Counted from the first letter of the stretch, positions 35,656 through 49,381 are shown. The stretch: 64,000 bases of DNA from Dudresnaya verticillata (GCA_977862235.1 OZ374557.1:2976001-3040000); one strand, 5' to 3'. The notes: generated by a model from the letters alone, not told the origin. Numbers and translations are program-made.

Positions 35656-38600
35656 GGGTTGTAGTTGATTCCGACACGGTGTTTCCTTCGAATCCACCTT
35701 GGGGTGTAGCCTTGCTGCTTTCATTAGGAGAAGTAGGAAAGGAATTAATATTTCCTCCCCGCTCCTTAAATGGAGGTACACCGTTAACGGTGAGTATGGC
35801 GGAGGGAGCAGCAGTAGCGAGGCCCATGACGGTAGACTTGGGTAACCGCACCGGTTTCGGGGAAGATTAGTCAGCCACACCTTAAAGGGTTTGTTAGGGA
35901 CTTTATCCATAACCCCGTTAGCCATAAGGGGCAGGTGCTTATGGATGGGTTTGGGATGGTTTTGAAGAAAACACAAACCACCGGTAGGAGTGGTGACCAA
36001 TGCAAGGGATTGGGTCATAGGGGGGATAATAAGGGATTTTGCTAGGCGGAGCTTATGCGATACCGAAGCGGATGACACAGGAGGGCCCTGAACAGTAGAA
36101 GCAGCCACCGTTTTGGAGTGTCTGGTTTGTCCCATTAGCGAAACCGGGGAGTGGTGATGAAAAACAACTTTCCGTGCCGGTGGGAGGATCGCGTTGACAG
36201 GGCGATCAATAAAACTGGTTCCCAGAATACACGGAGCAGCGAGGTTCGCGACCACCAGGAAGTGGACTCGAGTACGCAATTCTCCGATACGGACAAAAAG
36301 TTGAATGACACCAAGTGGGCGTATCGACCTATTGGACGCATCCCGTAAAGGTGGACTGGTAGCTGGGCGAATCAAAGACAACCAGTGGCGTGGAAGCCCT
36401 CGGGCGTTAATGAGATTGGGCCCAGCACCAGAATCCAATACGGTGATGAGAGGCAACATGAGGTCATTACCCCTTCCCACGGTAATCTGGATTCTATAAT
36501 TCTGCCGTTGTAGAACACAGACAGAATCACCGCGTGGTGGAAATTCAAGGGGGAGTTCTGGAACAAAATCAAGGGATACTCCGTAATGGTGGCGGACTGA
36601 CAGTCCGGCAAAGCCCGTGCTGGTGGGCGTACCACGTCGCATTGAGGAGACGGGGACGCCCTTACACGTCTCCTGCGATGTTTTCCGAGTCGGGGTGCCC
36701 CATGAGTGCCTTCTCCATCATATCAGCTGGGGGCTCGCCAACCGCACGACCATGGACAGTCAACACCCGCGCTGGGTATTGCTGGTAGTTACCCGGCGGA
36801 CGATTTCCCGTATTGGAGTTGGCGAGGCCTGCCGCTTGAGGAGGATCGCCTGATAGTTGCGCTCACGCTCTTCCATCAGGGGACCTCTTTCGGTGTCGCT
36901 CAGATACGGACAAATGACATGGTCCGGGGAGAGGCACGAGCGACAGTAGCCGCTTCCATAGAGACGTCTAACATCCGGTGAGGTGTGATCCGTATGCTCT
37001 GCGGTAGGGGATTGTTTTCCAATACGGTGTTCGCCCTGCCCTTGACGGGGAGGCGTGTTACCGTGGGGGTGTCCGATATGGCTGGGATGCTGCCCGTGGG
37101 TTCCTTGACGGTGTGTGGCGGGACCGTAGCGGCTATCAGCCGGTCCTTAGCGGGGTTGCCGGGGTGGTTGCATCCGTGGCGCTGGTGGGCGTAAGTTGGG
37201 AGTCGGAGGCCGAGTAGGGTAGACACTACTCGGTGGGGAAGAGTACGCTGTAGTAAACGTAACCCCCGACGAGGTGCCGGCGCGTCGACCCGCGGCACCC
37301 TCCAGGGCGAGCACGTGCTCCTCTGATTCAGCGGGATGATCTGAGTAGGTGTACTCCGATGGAGAATCAGTCGACAGAACGCCAGAACGTCGTGACTGAC
37401 TCTTAGGTTTTCCGTCGAAGACGTGCACCGCTGAGGTTTGGCGTCTGGTTTCCCGATGGGATTCTCCAAGCCCTTTAGCGTAGCGGGTTATGGCTTGGTT
37501 ATACATATGGGGGTGTGTTGCCAGATAATTGCGCATCTGCTGACCCGTTCCCGGTAGGAGTCCTTCCACAAACAGCGACTTGAGGGACCTGTCGGAGAAT
37601 CCTGTACCACATCGGAGTGCCTTAGTCCAGAGTTGGTTGGAGAATTGCTCTTCCGTTAAAGCCGAAGTTTGTCGAAACGACGTTACCTCCGAATACCCTT
37701 CGGGAATCACCTCATCGGTAGCATAAGTCCTTAGCAAAAGGTTCCCCGCTTCGGTATAGGTGCGAAGCATCTCTGCTTGCTCCTCGTCGACCGCCATGGT
37801 GCCAAGAGCGAGACGGGCCTGAAGCAAAGCTTCAGCCTGTCCACTTAAGAAAAGCTGGAAAAACCACAGTGCGGTTCCTTCTGAAACGGAGTTGATGTTA
37901 CACGCATCCTTGAACTTCGCGAGAAATCCAAGGACCGTGATGGGGTCTGTACCGTTAAAGGAGTGGGACTTCATTTGTACCTCCAGCTTTTTGCGGATGC
38001 GTGCCATATTCTGGGACAAGCTAGAGCTGTAGTATGAACGCTTTTTCTCCAGTCGGTATGTTCGGAAATCCAGCGCCTTCACCATCCTGTCGTCCAGGGG
38101 CCGGATCACCTTTGGGAGTGGCCTGTCGAGCTCTCGGTGTTTGGTGTCGTGTTTTCTGGCCCGACGCCGCTCGTCCCTATCCGTATCGGAGTAGCTCGTA
38201 TCAGAACCGGATGAATGGGTGGAGGCATGCCATTTTCAGCGCCTACGGCTCGAGTTGCGCTTATTCTTCTTCCTACTGCGGTGTTGGCTATCATCAGATT
38301 CCGTACCGGAGTGTTCTTTGTCCCGTCGCGAAGCGCGTTTGCTCCGTTGAGAATTTTCACGTTCCTTATCGGAGTGGGAGTCCTTGGCCTTTCTGTCAGC
38401 ACTGTCTCTACCACTCCGGTCATGGTTTTTCTTGGAGTCACCATCGGAGTGCTCACTGCCTCTACGCGAAGCCACCGGCACGGTGATACGTTCCCCCGCA
38501 GGCACTTCTGCGGGTCCAGGGACCGTACTCCGATTCGGATGGGGTTGGTGTGTTGGATCCAATTCGGTGTATTGAGTTTGGGTAGGTAACCCAGGGGCTG

Positions 38601-39878
38601 CCGCTGTCCTTACCGGGTCGGGCGGAAACACCTGAGTGGGGATTTCTGGCATGTACGTCGTTTCTCCCTTGACCGGGAAGTTGTTCCGTATCGGTGTAGG
38701 TCCAGAAAAGGGCTCCTCCTTGGGTCCCGGTAGGGGTTGTCCGTGGATGAGCATCTGCTCGATCTCCGACGCCTGACGCTCCTGACGGATGAGCGTCTGT
38801 ACCAACTCCGGAAGGTGTTTCTCCAGGTAGGAGCTAACGATGACCGGAACGGTGTCGGCGAGCGTGGTCTCAACCTCCTTGACCAGGTTGGGTTACACCT
38901 CTAAACGGAGATGCTCCAACACCCGTAGGATGACTTCCGAAAGTATCCAATGGACACGATGGAAGTCACCTGGCTTGGATACACCCTTGCGGGAAGTATC
39001 TGAACCAGGTCGGGATCTAGAGAGCTTACTGGCTACACCTTTAAGGAGTTCTTCGGGGTTCTCCATACCAGGGTTCAGGTCAGCAGCATGGCCACGGCGT
39101 GTTCTCGTGGCTGAGGCTACCTCCGGTTCGGTGGGCTCACTGCGGCGTGTTCTCGCAGTAGCGGGCACCTCCGGGACGGTTTTATCGTCACCGCGGCGTG
39201 ATCTCGCGGTTGACGGCACCTCACCTTGATCCGGTACGGTAGGGTCCATGTGTTCTTCTATTCTTAGGATACCAAAACGGTCTCAACGAGTGTTTTGCCT
39301 TGTCCTGCCTTTACACCAATACGGAGTTTTCACAAAGCTGATCTCCTACCAAAGCGGAGTCCAACGGAGATTCTTCTACCTTGACGGTCTTCTAGGTCGG
39401 GAGACCAGAAAGATGTGGTTTAGTGAAAGGCACACCTGTAAGGAGAGCTGAACAGGCAATCCCAATAAGGAGTGGTCTCACACGGCACCGGGGTGGTAGA
39501 GCTTGGTTCGTAGACCGAAGGGAGTACCTCGAGCGGCAACACCTGTAAGGAGTAAAGGGACGCAACAGACAAGAGGGACGGTACAGTGCCAGGGAAGCTA
39601 CACCGGGACGGAGGTAAGAGGAATCCGTGCATGGGGCTGGCGAGGGGAAACCGTGAAGGAGTATGAGGGTACGGCTTAGGGTAAGTCACTTTGCCCAGGG
39701 TTGCGTGCCCGTTTACTGTAGGACTCGCGGTGGCCACCCATTACTATACTGGGAGATACGCCCCGCGGTCCGGTCCGTGTGGGCCAGACCCCAATGGGTC
39801 TGGTCCACCAGGTGGGTGCGGCCTTACTGGTCCCGATCACCGTTATGGACATGCTCGGCATTCTAATTGGCCGGCTGA
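35656..39878 (-). mobile_element. Truncated Ty3/Gypsy element A: partial 5' LTR, PBS, gag-like ORFs, protease
   Basis: LTR 39414-39878; PBS 39390-39407; gag-like 37147-38109 (FNGTDPITVLGFLAKFKDAC, homologous to 41959-42156); knuckle-like CRSCLSPDHVICP near 36900-36950; protease LDSGAGPNLI. Cut off at the LINE. Confidence 0.9.
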
Positions 39879-40009
39879 TGTGGTGAAGCGACCGTTGTGG
39901 AGTGCCGACGACGGTTGAGCCGACTCGTGACCGGCGCACCGATGAGCTGGCGCCAAAACTCGAACAGGAGTGCAGCGACACAGTAGCATTGTACGCCTTT
40001 CTGGAGTCG

Positions 40010-40440
40010 GCGCGCACCACCAATAGGAGCCAAGTAGTTGATTTATTTGTAATTAGGTAATTGTACTGATGCTGTACAGTACGTAGTGTCAGACGGCCAA
40101 TAAGAATGCCGAGCATGTCCGCAACGGTGAACGGGACCAGTAGGGCCGGACCCACCTGGTGGACCAGACCCATTGGGGTCTGGCCCACACGGACCGGACC
40201 GCGGGGCGTATCTCACAGTATAGTAATGGGTGGCCACCGCGAGTCCTACAGTAAACGGGTACGCAACCCTGGGCAAAGTGACTTACCCTAAGCGGTACCC
40301 TCATACTCCTTCACGGTTTCCCCTCGCCAGCCCCATGCACGGATTCCTCTTACCTCTGTCCCGGTGTAGCTGCCCTGGCACTGTACCGTCCCCCTTGTCT
40401 GTTGCGTCCCTTTGCTCCTTACAGGTGTTGCCGCTCGAGG
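40010..40440 (+). mobile_element. Second, oppositely oriented partial LTR of family A
   Basis: 40089-40440 is the reverse complement of 39527-39878 (352 bp, scattered mismatches). It stops where Gypsy B begins. Confidence 0.9.
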
Positions 40441-40959
40441 TGTAATACAGTGAAGGGCTTACAGAAGTGGGCCTTCTGCCCGCGTGTATGCGCGGAAATA
40501 GCGTTACCTATAGGGCGCCAGCAGGGACAAGATGGGTAGCCTATGATTGGTCCAAGTGTCACCCTGCAGGGCAGTAGCTTAGTATCTGTCTATTTATTTT
40601 AGAAATTATAGCTTGGGATAGGGGGCGTGTATATAGCCCAGTATGAGGGTTGCTGCCTGACAGTCGGGGTACCATATAAGGGTATCTCCCGTAGCGGTCA
40701 CTGAACAGTAAAGGCAAGCACCTTCCGGCCCCAACTACGTCTCCAAGCTATCGGCACCGCAGCACACTTGTCCCCCGTGCCCGGTTAACCACCCGCTCAG
40801 TGAACTACCTTCAGTATCGTGCTTCCAATCAGGTTACGAGCCCTCGTCTACCCTCTGGGTTCCTCCCGATCTACCACCGCTACCAGGTACCCGCTCCGTG
40901 GCTTTCTCATTGGGTGCACTCTTTGAGTTCACAAGAGACCTAACAGGTACTTCCTTACA
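40441..40959 (+). repeat. 5' LTR of Gypsy B
   Basis: tgtaatacag...ttccttaca; about 20 substitutions versus 49382-49900 by eye. Confidence 0.97.
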
Positions 40960-40961
40960 TC

Positions 40962-40979
40962 TGGTCTCCCGACCTAGAA
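40962..40979 (+). promoter_or_regulatory. Primer-binding site, probably tRNA-Tyr
   Basis: tggtctcccgacctagaa, 2 nt after the LTR. The same 18-mer occurs in Gypsy A (39390-39407, minus). Confidence 0.8.
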
Positions 40980-41074
40980 CTTCAAGGTTGGTGAGCCGTT
41001 AAGAGGACGAGGAATATCGTAACCCAATTGGATACTGAAGAAAATCAACCTACCAAGGCCCGTGTTACTCCAAG

Positions 41075-42520
41075 ATGTCAACTCACTCTCAAAGTAGTTC
41101 CCGTCGTGGTCAGAAGGCGGAGCAGACCCCATTGGTACCCCCAGTTGAGGATCCGGAGTCTTTGCTCCACCCTCCGAGAACTCCTGGAGTAGAACAAGAG
41201 GAACCGCCGGGTCAAGTATCCACCAATCCCGTAACAGGTAAACCCTTAGCAGGTCCTTCGAAAGAGTTCGCAAGGCAGCCCCCGCTACATTCCAACCGTA
41301 ACCATTGGGTCAATACTGATCTGATGCCCCGTCTGATCAACTGGCTACATGATGAGTTGACCCTTCGGTTACCTCAAACGGTTGAACCACTAGTGGGACA
41401 ATTTCTAGAAGAACAAGGTCCAAGGACACTCTCAGAGTTTGCCGCCACGGCTACTGACAAGTTAGTCCAGTCATGGACCACTCAGCCGGACAGTAGTCCA
41501 ATCTATGGGATGCTTACCGAAATGGTTCCCCCGTTGGTCGCTCAGTCTCTCGAGGCCTATGGGCAAGCAGCGGACCCTTCAACTGGACCAAAGTCTATAC
41601 CCACAGGGGAAACCAAAGTGGAAAATAAGGAGGATGAGATGTCGTCCCTCCTAGCATCGTTCTACCAACCGAAACTGGTGATACAAACAAGAAACCCGAA
41701 GGGGGTTTGTCGGACCCCGAAGGTAGTAAGAGTAACCGACACGGATCTGCGTCCAAGAAGTCTTAAAAGAAGAAGAAGAAGGACAAACAAAAGAAAAATA
41801 AGAAGAAACATTACTCCTCTGAGTCTGACTCATCGTCAGTTACCTCAGATAGTTCAAGTTCGGATGATTTTTCCGATGAAGACCGACGGCGTCGTCGCCG
41901 GTCGTCTAAACCTACAAAGGTCAGGAGGATTAAACCCCTCAATGACCTATTTACCAGAGTGGTTAGCTTTCAAAGTTACCGATTGGATAACCGCTCAAGG
42001 CTTCACTCTTCGAGGATCTCTCGGAAAGTAAATACCTACTATAAGAGGATGGCTATTAAAATTCCACCCTCTCGTTTCTCGGGGGTAGACCCAATTAACA
42101 TTTTGGGTTTCCTTGCAAGGTTCAAGGATGCCTGTAATCACAATGATGTCCATTAAGGAGCTGCCGTTTGGTTACTACAATATGTTATGGCAGAAACCGC
42201 AAGGGACAACCTTCAGACGAGGCTACAGACAAGAACCAGTATGGTCGCAGACTCTGAAGATGAGGGAGATTTGTTAACAACGTACTCCGAAGTGGTTAAT
42301 TACCTTTTCGAAACTTATGCCACCGATGAGGTTATTGCGCTAGCCTATGCTGACGTGATCTCGTTGCGATAAGCAGAAGGAAAAACGGAACGGGATTTCG
42401 CAGAGTTAGTAAGAGCCAGAGCTCGCCGATGTGGGTCGGTGTTCACTGAACACCGCCTCAAGGCGATCTTCGTTGATGGGCTCCTCCCGAGTATCCGTGC
42501 ACCGGTTCGTAACCGATAGG
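41075..42520 (+). pseudogene. gag: gag-like region of Gypsy B
   Basis: ORFs 41075-42031, 41959-42156 and 42187-42372, homologous to Gypsy A gag (YATDEVI, RCGSVF, FVDGLLP). Confidence 0.75.
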
Positions 42521-42688
42521 TAATCGACAAGGTAACCCCGGGGCCTCTTCCTCAACAGTCCATCCGGGCCCCACCCAGGCTAGACGCACGGGATCACCCT
42601 CAGTGGAGCCCTCAAAGGCCGCTCAAGGAGTTTCCATTGCGGAAAACGTGGAGGAGGAGGCATAACGACGCATGCCCCCTCCCCAAAT

Positions 42689-45600
42689 ATGCGCCTTCCA
42701 GAACCTGTGTTACGACCCGATATCGTGGATAACCTGGAGGGTGATGACTATGATGAAGTATGTTTACTTAAGAATCAAAACTACAAAGTGGATCTATCGT
42801 TAGGGGTCTGGTCATCTCAGATGATATCCGCAAGGGGCGTGATTGATTCTGGCGCCGGACCCAATCTGGTTCATGCTAAAATGTTACCTAATGGTTGGGA
42901 AAAGCGAGCCAAACCCTATAAGGAAACCACGCGTAGCATCGTCGACGCTTCTAATAATCGAATATTACCTCTAGGAGTCATCCCCTTATATATCCGTGTC
43001 GGTAATATCTATACGAAGACCCATTTTCTGGTTGTTGCTAATATGCCTGCCGAAGTTATACTTGGAACAGCCTTCATCGATCGACATGTCACAGGCATCA
43101 TGCCGGGACCTCGAAGGTTACTCTTGAAGGATGCCCCGGCAGTACCTATCCTCGGTGTTTCCATGGGAGGGGTTACTGTTCCCGACGCTACACAACCAAC
43201 GGTTTCTACCAAAGTGAGAATAGCCAAAGACTGGGTCATACCTCCTAGGTCATGTTCGTTAGTGCCGGTGAGAACCAGCGCCTCTGGATTCTGCCTGGTT
43301 CATAATACCCCGCGGTCAGTACACAAGTCGTTAACCATTATGGAAAACGGGATCAGGGATGCTCTTCCGATGGAAGTTTTCCTGTGCTAATGACCAATTT
43401 TGGTGATCGCCCTGCTCGCTTGAAAAAGACTCAAGTAGTAGGCCATGTGTTACCATGTGTTACCAAGACCGGTTCAGGTTTTGAGTATTGGAACTCTACA
43501 AGAAGATCCCCGGTCGGATACCCAGGGGGAGGAGTCAAAAGCGGAGCCCAGTTGGGAAGACACTGTCCATATAGGTGTCGAAGACAGTGCTACTCGATCC
43601 CAAATCATGGAAATGCTTCAAGAGTATCAAGAAATATGGTCAGACCAACTGGGCACCATTAAGGCCACTCAGCACAGGATTGAGTTGATGGAAGGGGGAA
43701 AACCCATCTATCAACCCCCTTACAGAGCTGGACGTAATGCTCGAGAAGCCGAAAAGGCGGAAGTACAACGAATGTTACGCGAAGGCGTTATTGAACCCTC
43801 TGGGGCAGAATGGGCCAGTTCTGTAGTCCTTGTGTCCAAACCTGATGGGTCTCTGCGTTTTTGCGTCGACTATCGCCGACTTAATAGTATTACTCGATGA
43901 GATTCATATCCGTTACCTCGAATGGACGAATGTATTGACTCACTGGGAGATGCTAAGGTATTTACAACGCTCGACTGTAATAGTGGCTATTGGCAAGTTG
44001 AAGTCGATCCCGACGATCGCGATAAGACGACGTTCATCTGCCACGAAGGGTTATACCGTCTTATCAGGATGCCATTTGGTCTCAAGAATGCGCCCGCCAC
44101 ATTTCAACGGGCAGTCGACATTATACTATCTCGATGCAAGTGGCAATACGCTTTGGTTTACCTCGACGACGTTATCGTGTACTCTCGGAGTATTAATGAC
44201 CACTTCCACCATTTAGGTACTGTGCTCGATCTACTAAGAACCGCTGGGGTTTCTTTTAAGTTGTCTAAGTGTAAGTTCTTCGAAGCGTCCGTCGATTACC
44301 TCGGCCATATCATACGCCCAGGAAAGCTTGAAGTCGCCTCCAAGAACGTTACCGCACTACGCCAGGCCAAACCTCCCATGGATCAAACCGAGTTAAGGTC
44401 ATTTCTTGGAGTATGTAACGTTTATCGACGTTTCGTCCCCAATTATGCACGAATTGCGTCTCCCCTCTCCAGGAAACTTCGCAAGGATCAACCCTTCACT
44501 TTTGAGTCACACACAGAGGATGAGTACGACGCCTTCGATGAACTCCGGCGTCGTCTTCTAACGGCACCCATATTGGCGTTACCTCGAAAGGGATTCCATT
44601 ATTATGTTGATACCGATGCGTGCGACCTTCAGGTTGGCTGTTGCTTACTTCAAGAAACCGAACAAGGGGATAAGCTGCCTATTGGTTATTGGAGTCGCAC
44701 TCTTAATTCCGCCGAACGTAATTATTCGGCCACCGAACAGGAATGTCTCGCCGTTGTATGGAGTCTTTTAACACTCCGACCTTACCTTGAAGGTGACCGC
44801 TTTACGGTTAGAACCGACCACGAACCCCTTCAGTGGTTGTTAAACCTCTCGGATGCATCGGGTCGCCTAGCACGTTGGCGTTTAAGACTCTCGGAGTTCG
44901 ACTTCCTAGTCACCTACAATCCTGGAAGGGAACATCATTTGGCGGGCACCATGTCACGGCTTTCGACTACAGGGAGTGACCCAACACCATTAGACGATGA
45001 CATCCCCTGTTTTACCCTCGCGGTTGAAAATAGCACCCCGCGTCAGCTCACTTTACCTACCGTCCGTGACTTGGGAAATCAGAAGGGTTTACCCCGTCAG
45101 GTTAGTAAGCAAGAACTCCTCGAGGCACAATCAAGGGATGAGTACTGCCAAAAGATGGCTAACCAAGTTGGTATCGCTGGCCCCCAATTCCAGTGGGACC
45201 ATAATGGTTTTCTAATCCGCCAAGCGACACTCGATGGAGCACTTCAGATAGTGGTGCCAAAGTCCCTGCGTCCCCGCATCATATACTTAGCCCACTGTCC
45301 TCTCTCTTTGGGACACCCTGGTGGTTCAAGAATGTATTACACCCTCCGGTGACAGTTTTATTGGCCGTATATGGCTAATGACGCATATGCCGTTGTGGGT
45401 GACTGTACTAAGTGTGTCCAAAATCGGGGTACCTTACGGAGACATCAGAACTACCTTAAGTTATTTCCCGCCGCTGGCCCACTGGAATTCCTTGCTATGG
45501 ATCTCGCGGGGCCTTTCCCAAAAACAGAGCACGGCAACCGTTTCGTCTTGGTTATTACCGATAGGATTCCTAAGCTTACGCGCGCCATACCTTTACGGAA

Positions 45601-46625
45601 TAACAATGCTCGCACGGTTGCGCAAGTTTTTCTGGACCACTAGGTCTACCCTTATGGTGTTCCGTTATATGTGCTTTCCGATAATATTCCCCAGTTCGTG
45701 TCGAAGTTCTTCGCCACGATCTGCCAAACCGTGGGGTTACGTCAGCTATTTACAACCGCTTACCACCCCCAGACCATTGGTCAGGTCGAACGGTTCAATA
45801 AGACTCTTGTCCAGCGGTTACGTCATTACGTCGCAGATCACCAGCGTGACTGGGGCAGTTACGTGCATCCGCTTACCTATGCGTATAACCTTCAGGGTCA
45901 CCGCTCTACGGGTACCTCGCCCTTCGATCTCGTCCTATCCCGGCAACCTTCGGTTAGACCTCTACAGGGTTCTCCCACAACGGGCTTTACCAATCAGTTG
46001 GATTCTCAACTCACCACTGCTTCTGTTAAGCGTTTAACCATTCGGAAACTTCAACAGGCTATTGCTACCGCTAAGATCACCCGCAGGGCTGCCCAACAAC
46101 GTTACAAATCTGCCTTTGACACCTCCGTGGCACGGCCCTTCTCGGTTACTGTTGGTGATTGGGTCTACCTCGATCGCCCTAAGTTCACTAAACGCCAAGT
46201 TGGTGAACGACAGGCTTCTCTCGTGGACCCCGCTGAGGAACAGAACCTTTCGAGGAAACTCTTGCCCAAAGCGACTGGACCCTTTTGGTTACCACCGTTC
46301 ATGCCAACCATACGGTCACTATTAAGCAATATGGGCTTTTTAATACCGTTTCAAAAGCCCGCATTTCGGTTGACCCTCATCGTGGTCCCCGCGCCCCTCT
46401 GGACGACCCGGAGCTTACTCAGGATCTCCCATCGGCTCCTCCGCCGCCTACGGCGACCACCCACTCGGATTACTATGCAGTTGAGCATTTGGTTAAGCAC
46501 CGTCTCACCGACCGTGGGTACCAATATAAGGTTCGCTGGTATGGTTACGTCCCTAACGACGATACTTGGGAGCCACCCGCGCACATCCCTCACAATTTTG
46601 TGTTACGCTACTGGCGCCGGCTTGA
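42689..46625 (+). pseudogene. pol: pol of Gypsy B: protease, RT, RNase H, integrase, chromodomain
   Basis: IDSGAGPNLV; YLDD; TDAC..EQECLAV..RTDH; AH..GHPG..CTKC; AMDLAG, LSDN, QVERFNK; YAVEHLVKH..YKVRWYGYVPNDDTWEPPAHIP (about 46470-46620). Confidence 0.97.
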
Positions 46626-47171
46626 CCAGACGCCACCGCCTGGAGCTGGGGGGTGTAGGCTTCGTGCATTTTCGCAGGCTTCATGGGCTTTCGCGGACTC
46701 CAAAGTATCTCGTGAAACGTCACTCAGAGAGTTGGCGTCACCCAATCAAAAGGTCTCGCGACGGCGTTATCTCCTGGAGTCAAAATGGAACGGCACCAAG
46801 TCTCTCTCTTCACTTTCTCTATTTATTTTACGCTGCTTACCTACAGTACTACTGTACTCTCATAGAAACCAAGATAAAGGAGAACCACTCAGGGAGATAT
46901 GACACAAGACACAAGATGTTTATTGGACACTCTTCAGATCACCCTTGAGGTTCATCTAATGGGAATACCTACTGGTAACGGGAACGTTTCTCAGCCGACT
47001 CCTCGACGTCAGCGGAACGTGAAGACGCACGGCGACGGGGCTGAAAAGGGGACGCCCGACGAGTCGCCGCAGGCGTAGTAACTCCAGGAGTCGCCTCGCG
47101 CAACGCCGCCCGACTCCCTGCCTCCACGGGAGAAGCCACACTGGTAGCAACCCCGGTAGAAATGGGCTGCG

Positions 47172-49304
47172 TTACCTGATAGGTCGAAGGGCCAGCTGGA
47201 GTCTCCTTATGCTGCCCCCCATAACCACGTTGGTAAGGTCCGCAGGGACAGCGGATTGCTGCTCAGCTCCCTGAGCCGGCCCCGGCGATGCCAGAGCCAA
47301 AGGATCACCCGGTTGGTAGTTCACCACTTGATCAAGAGAGCTGGCCACGCCACGGGCTATAGTCACCGGCTGGAGATCGCTCTTGCGCAATACCTCTCGG
47401 GTGAACTTATTGCAAGAAGTAACAAAACTCGTGGCGTTCTGTGGCATCGCAGCCGCCATACTTGCAAGAGACGCCCTGAGGGCTGCTACTTCGGTTCCCA
47501 AACGGTCCATTGTCGCCATGTGGATACCCAGCTGGTTCACTTGAAAGTTTCCCATCTGGGCCACCTCCCGGAGTAGCCAATTCAGGAGTGCCTCCTTCGA
47601 CACCCACTCCCGAGCGGCATCCAGAGCATCCTCTAAGGTAGCCGGCGCCGGGATTTTCGCAGCGCGACACGCCTCTTGAAGTCGCCCAACCCGAAGGTGA
47701 ACCGAGGCCGGTAGAGTCGCTCCAGATGGCACCGTCGTTGTACCCGAGGGACCACTCGGTGAGACCAATGGGTTAGCGCGCCGAGTCGCTGCCTCAGGAG
47801 TTACTATTGGGGGTCTGACCATGGAGGTTGCTCGCGCGGGTGTCGCCGGACGCGCCTCACGCATTTGCGTTACTGTCCCCGGTGCCGCTTGTGGCTTCGG
47901 AGTCCCTGGACGCGCCCCCAGACCCAGGCGCGCGGTCCTCGCTGAAGTCACATGCCCTGACGCTGTATGCGTCCTGTCGGGGTAACCACTGTAGGTTGGC
48001 GTCTCCTCGTCTTCGACCACTTGGTTTCTCTCCGAGCTCGGCCCCATGTGACCCCAGCCACGACCCATGCCCTCTGCCTCCCCAAAGGAGTAGAGCGGCG
48101 GACCAGGACGGTTATCAAAGGTGTGTAGCCTACCAAATCGGTCCACCGCTTCGGAAACCTCTGGGTCATACGCAACCCAAACCTCGCCGGCGGCCCCCTT
48201 GAAGGTCTCCGATGCGGTTAGTAGTCCCGCCAAGTCGTTACCCGCAAAGGTACTACCCCCACAAATGAGATCAACCCCAAGGGTGCGGATTGACTCGATG
48301 AGTTTCTTAGACAAGCGGAAGAGACAACCATCCGGTAGACTATCTTGGGCATGGTAACCAGCTTCGGTATAGGGCGTTGAGTACCACATACCAAAATAGG
48401 CTGCTTGAAGAAAGGCTAGCGCTACGTGGTGTACCTGCTCGGTTTTGGCGATTGACCACACTGGGTAATACCACTTCGCCGAGGTGTCACGCGCATGGGC
48501 GCCGAAGTACGCCAGCACTCCCGTAGTTAACGACGGCAATGAGCGCGGACCTTCGATGGCGTGCCACCAGCTGGGTTTCCTCACGTAGTGGTCCTGACGC
48601 CGACCCATGGGGATATTCCACATTTAAACGTTGTGAAACCCCGCTAGGAGACCATCAGTGCGGTTGCGGATGCGCGTCTCCGTCCAAATATCCACGGCCC
48701 ACCGCTCGGTTAACCACCACAGGTCGGGAAATAGCTTCGACTCCAGGAGTGACTCGGGAAGTAACTTGATTTCGTTCACCCACTGGTTACCCTCAAGGAA
48801 GCGGTAGAGAAAGGGGACGTAGTCTTCTTCAAACCCGACACGCAGCCACTTAAGGTCACTACCGTAGTGATTCGGAATAAGGACGCTCGGCGGACAGTGA
48901 CGCAAACGCGCAACCCACTGGTTCTCGCGCTTACCCTCGGGGATTGCCCGGAAGCGGTAGGTGTCCGGATGGGTGTCCACCAGGTAACCTTGAAGCGGAA
49001 ACTACTCCAGCAACTCCTGATTGGAAAACGCCGACAACCCTCCGTGGCCACCCATGGGGGAAGACTGGGCCATGGCGGCGTAGTACCCTCCGCGGCTTAC
49101 GCAAGGCGTGACTGGAAAGACAACGTCAGGGTTGGAAAGACGACGGCGACGGGGTGGCGAGCGGCGTGGTGGTGGTTGCGATTGACGTGGGACCATGTTG
49201 GAAAAACCTTTGAGGTGATGCTGCTGCGGAAGAGAAGTACTGCTGCTCGCGGGATCGATTGTCGGCCGACGACGGTCATGGGCGTTGAGCCGTCTGGATA
49301 CCAA
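47172..49304 (-). pseudogene. Antisense extra ORF of Gypsy B (about 710 codons, two premature stops), unknown function
   Basis: ORFs 49002-49304, 48624-48980 and 47172-48623 share one reading frame, separated only by single stops, and fill the space between pol and the PPT. Confidence 0.8.
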
Positions 49305-49370
49305 ACGATTATGATTTCGCGCGAAACACGTGCAGGCTGCCCTGGCGTCCCGAGGACGGGCCGCAATCTC

Positions 49371-49381
49371 GGGGGGAGCTC
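49371..49381 (+). promoter_or_regulatory. Polypurine tract of Gypsy B
   Basis: ggggggagctc immediately before the 3' LTR. Confidence 0.75.

Noticed and set aside
34751..35851. Novel Gypsy-APE endonuclease fusion protein
   Set aside because: The ORF spans the junction between a truncated Gypsy pol and a truncated LINE; an in-frame join by chance is sufficient.
47172..49304. env-like gene
   Set aside because: Antisense orientation and no clear signal peptide or transmembrane anchor.
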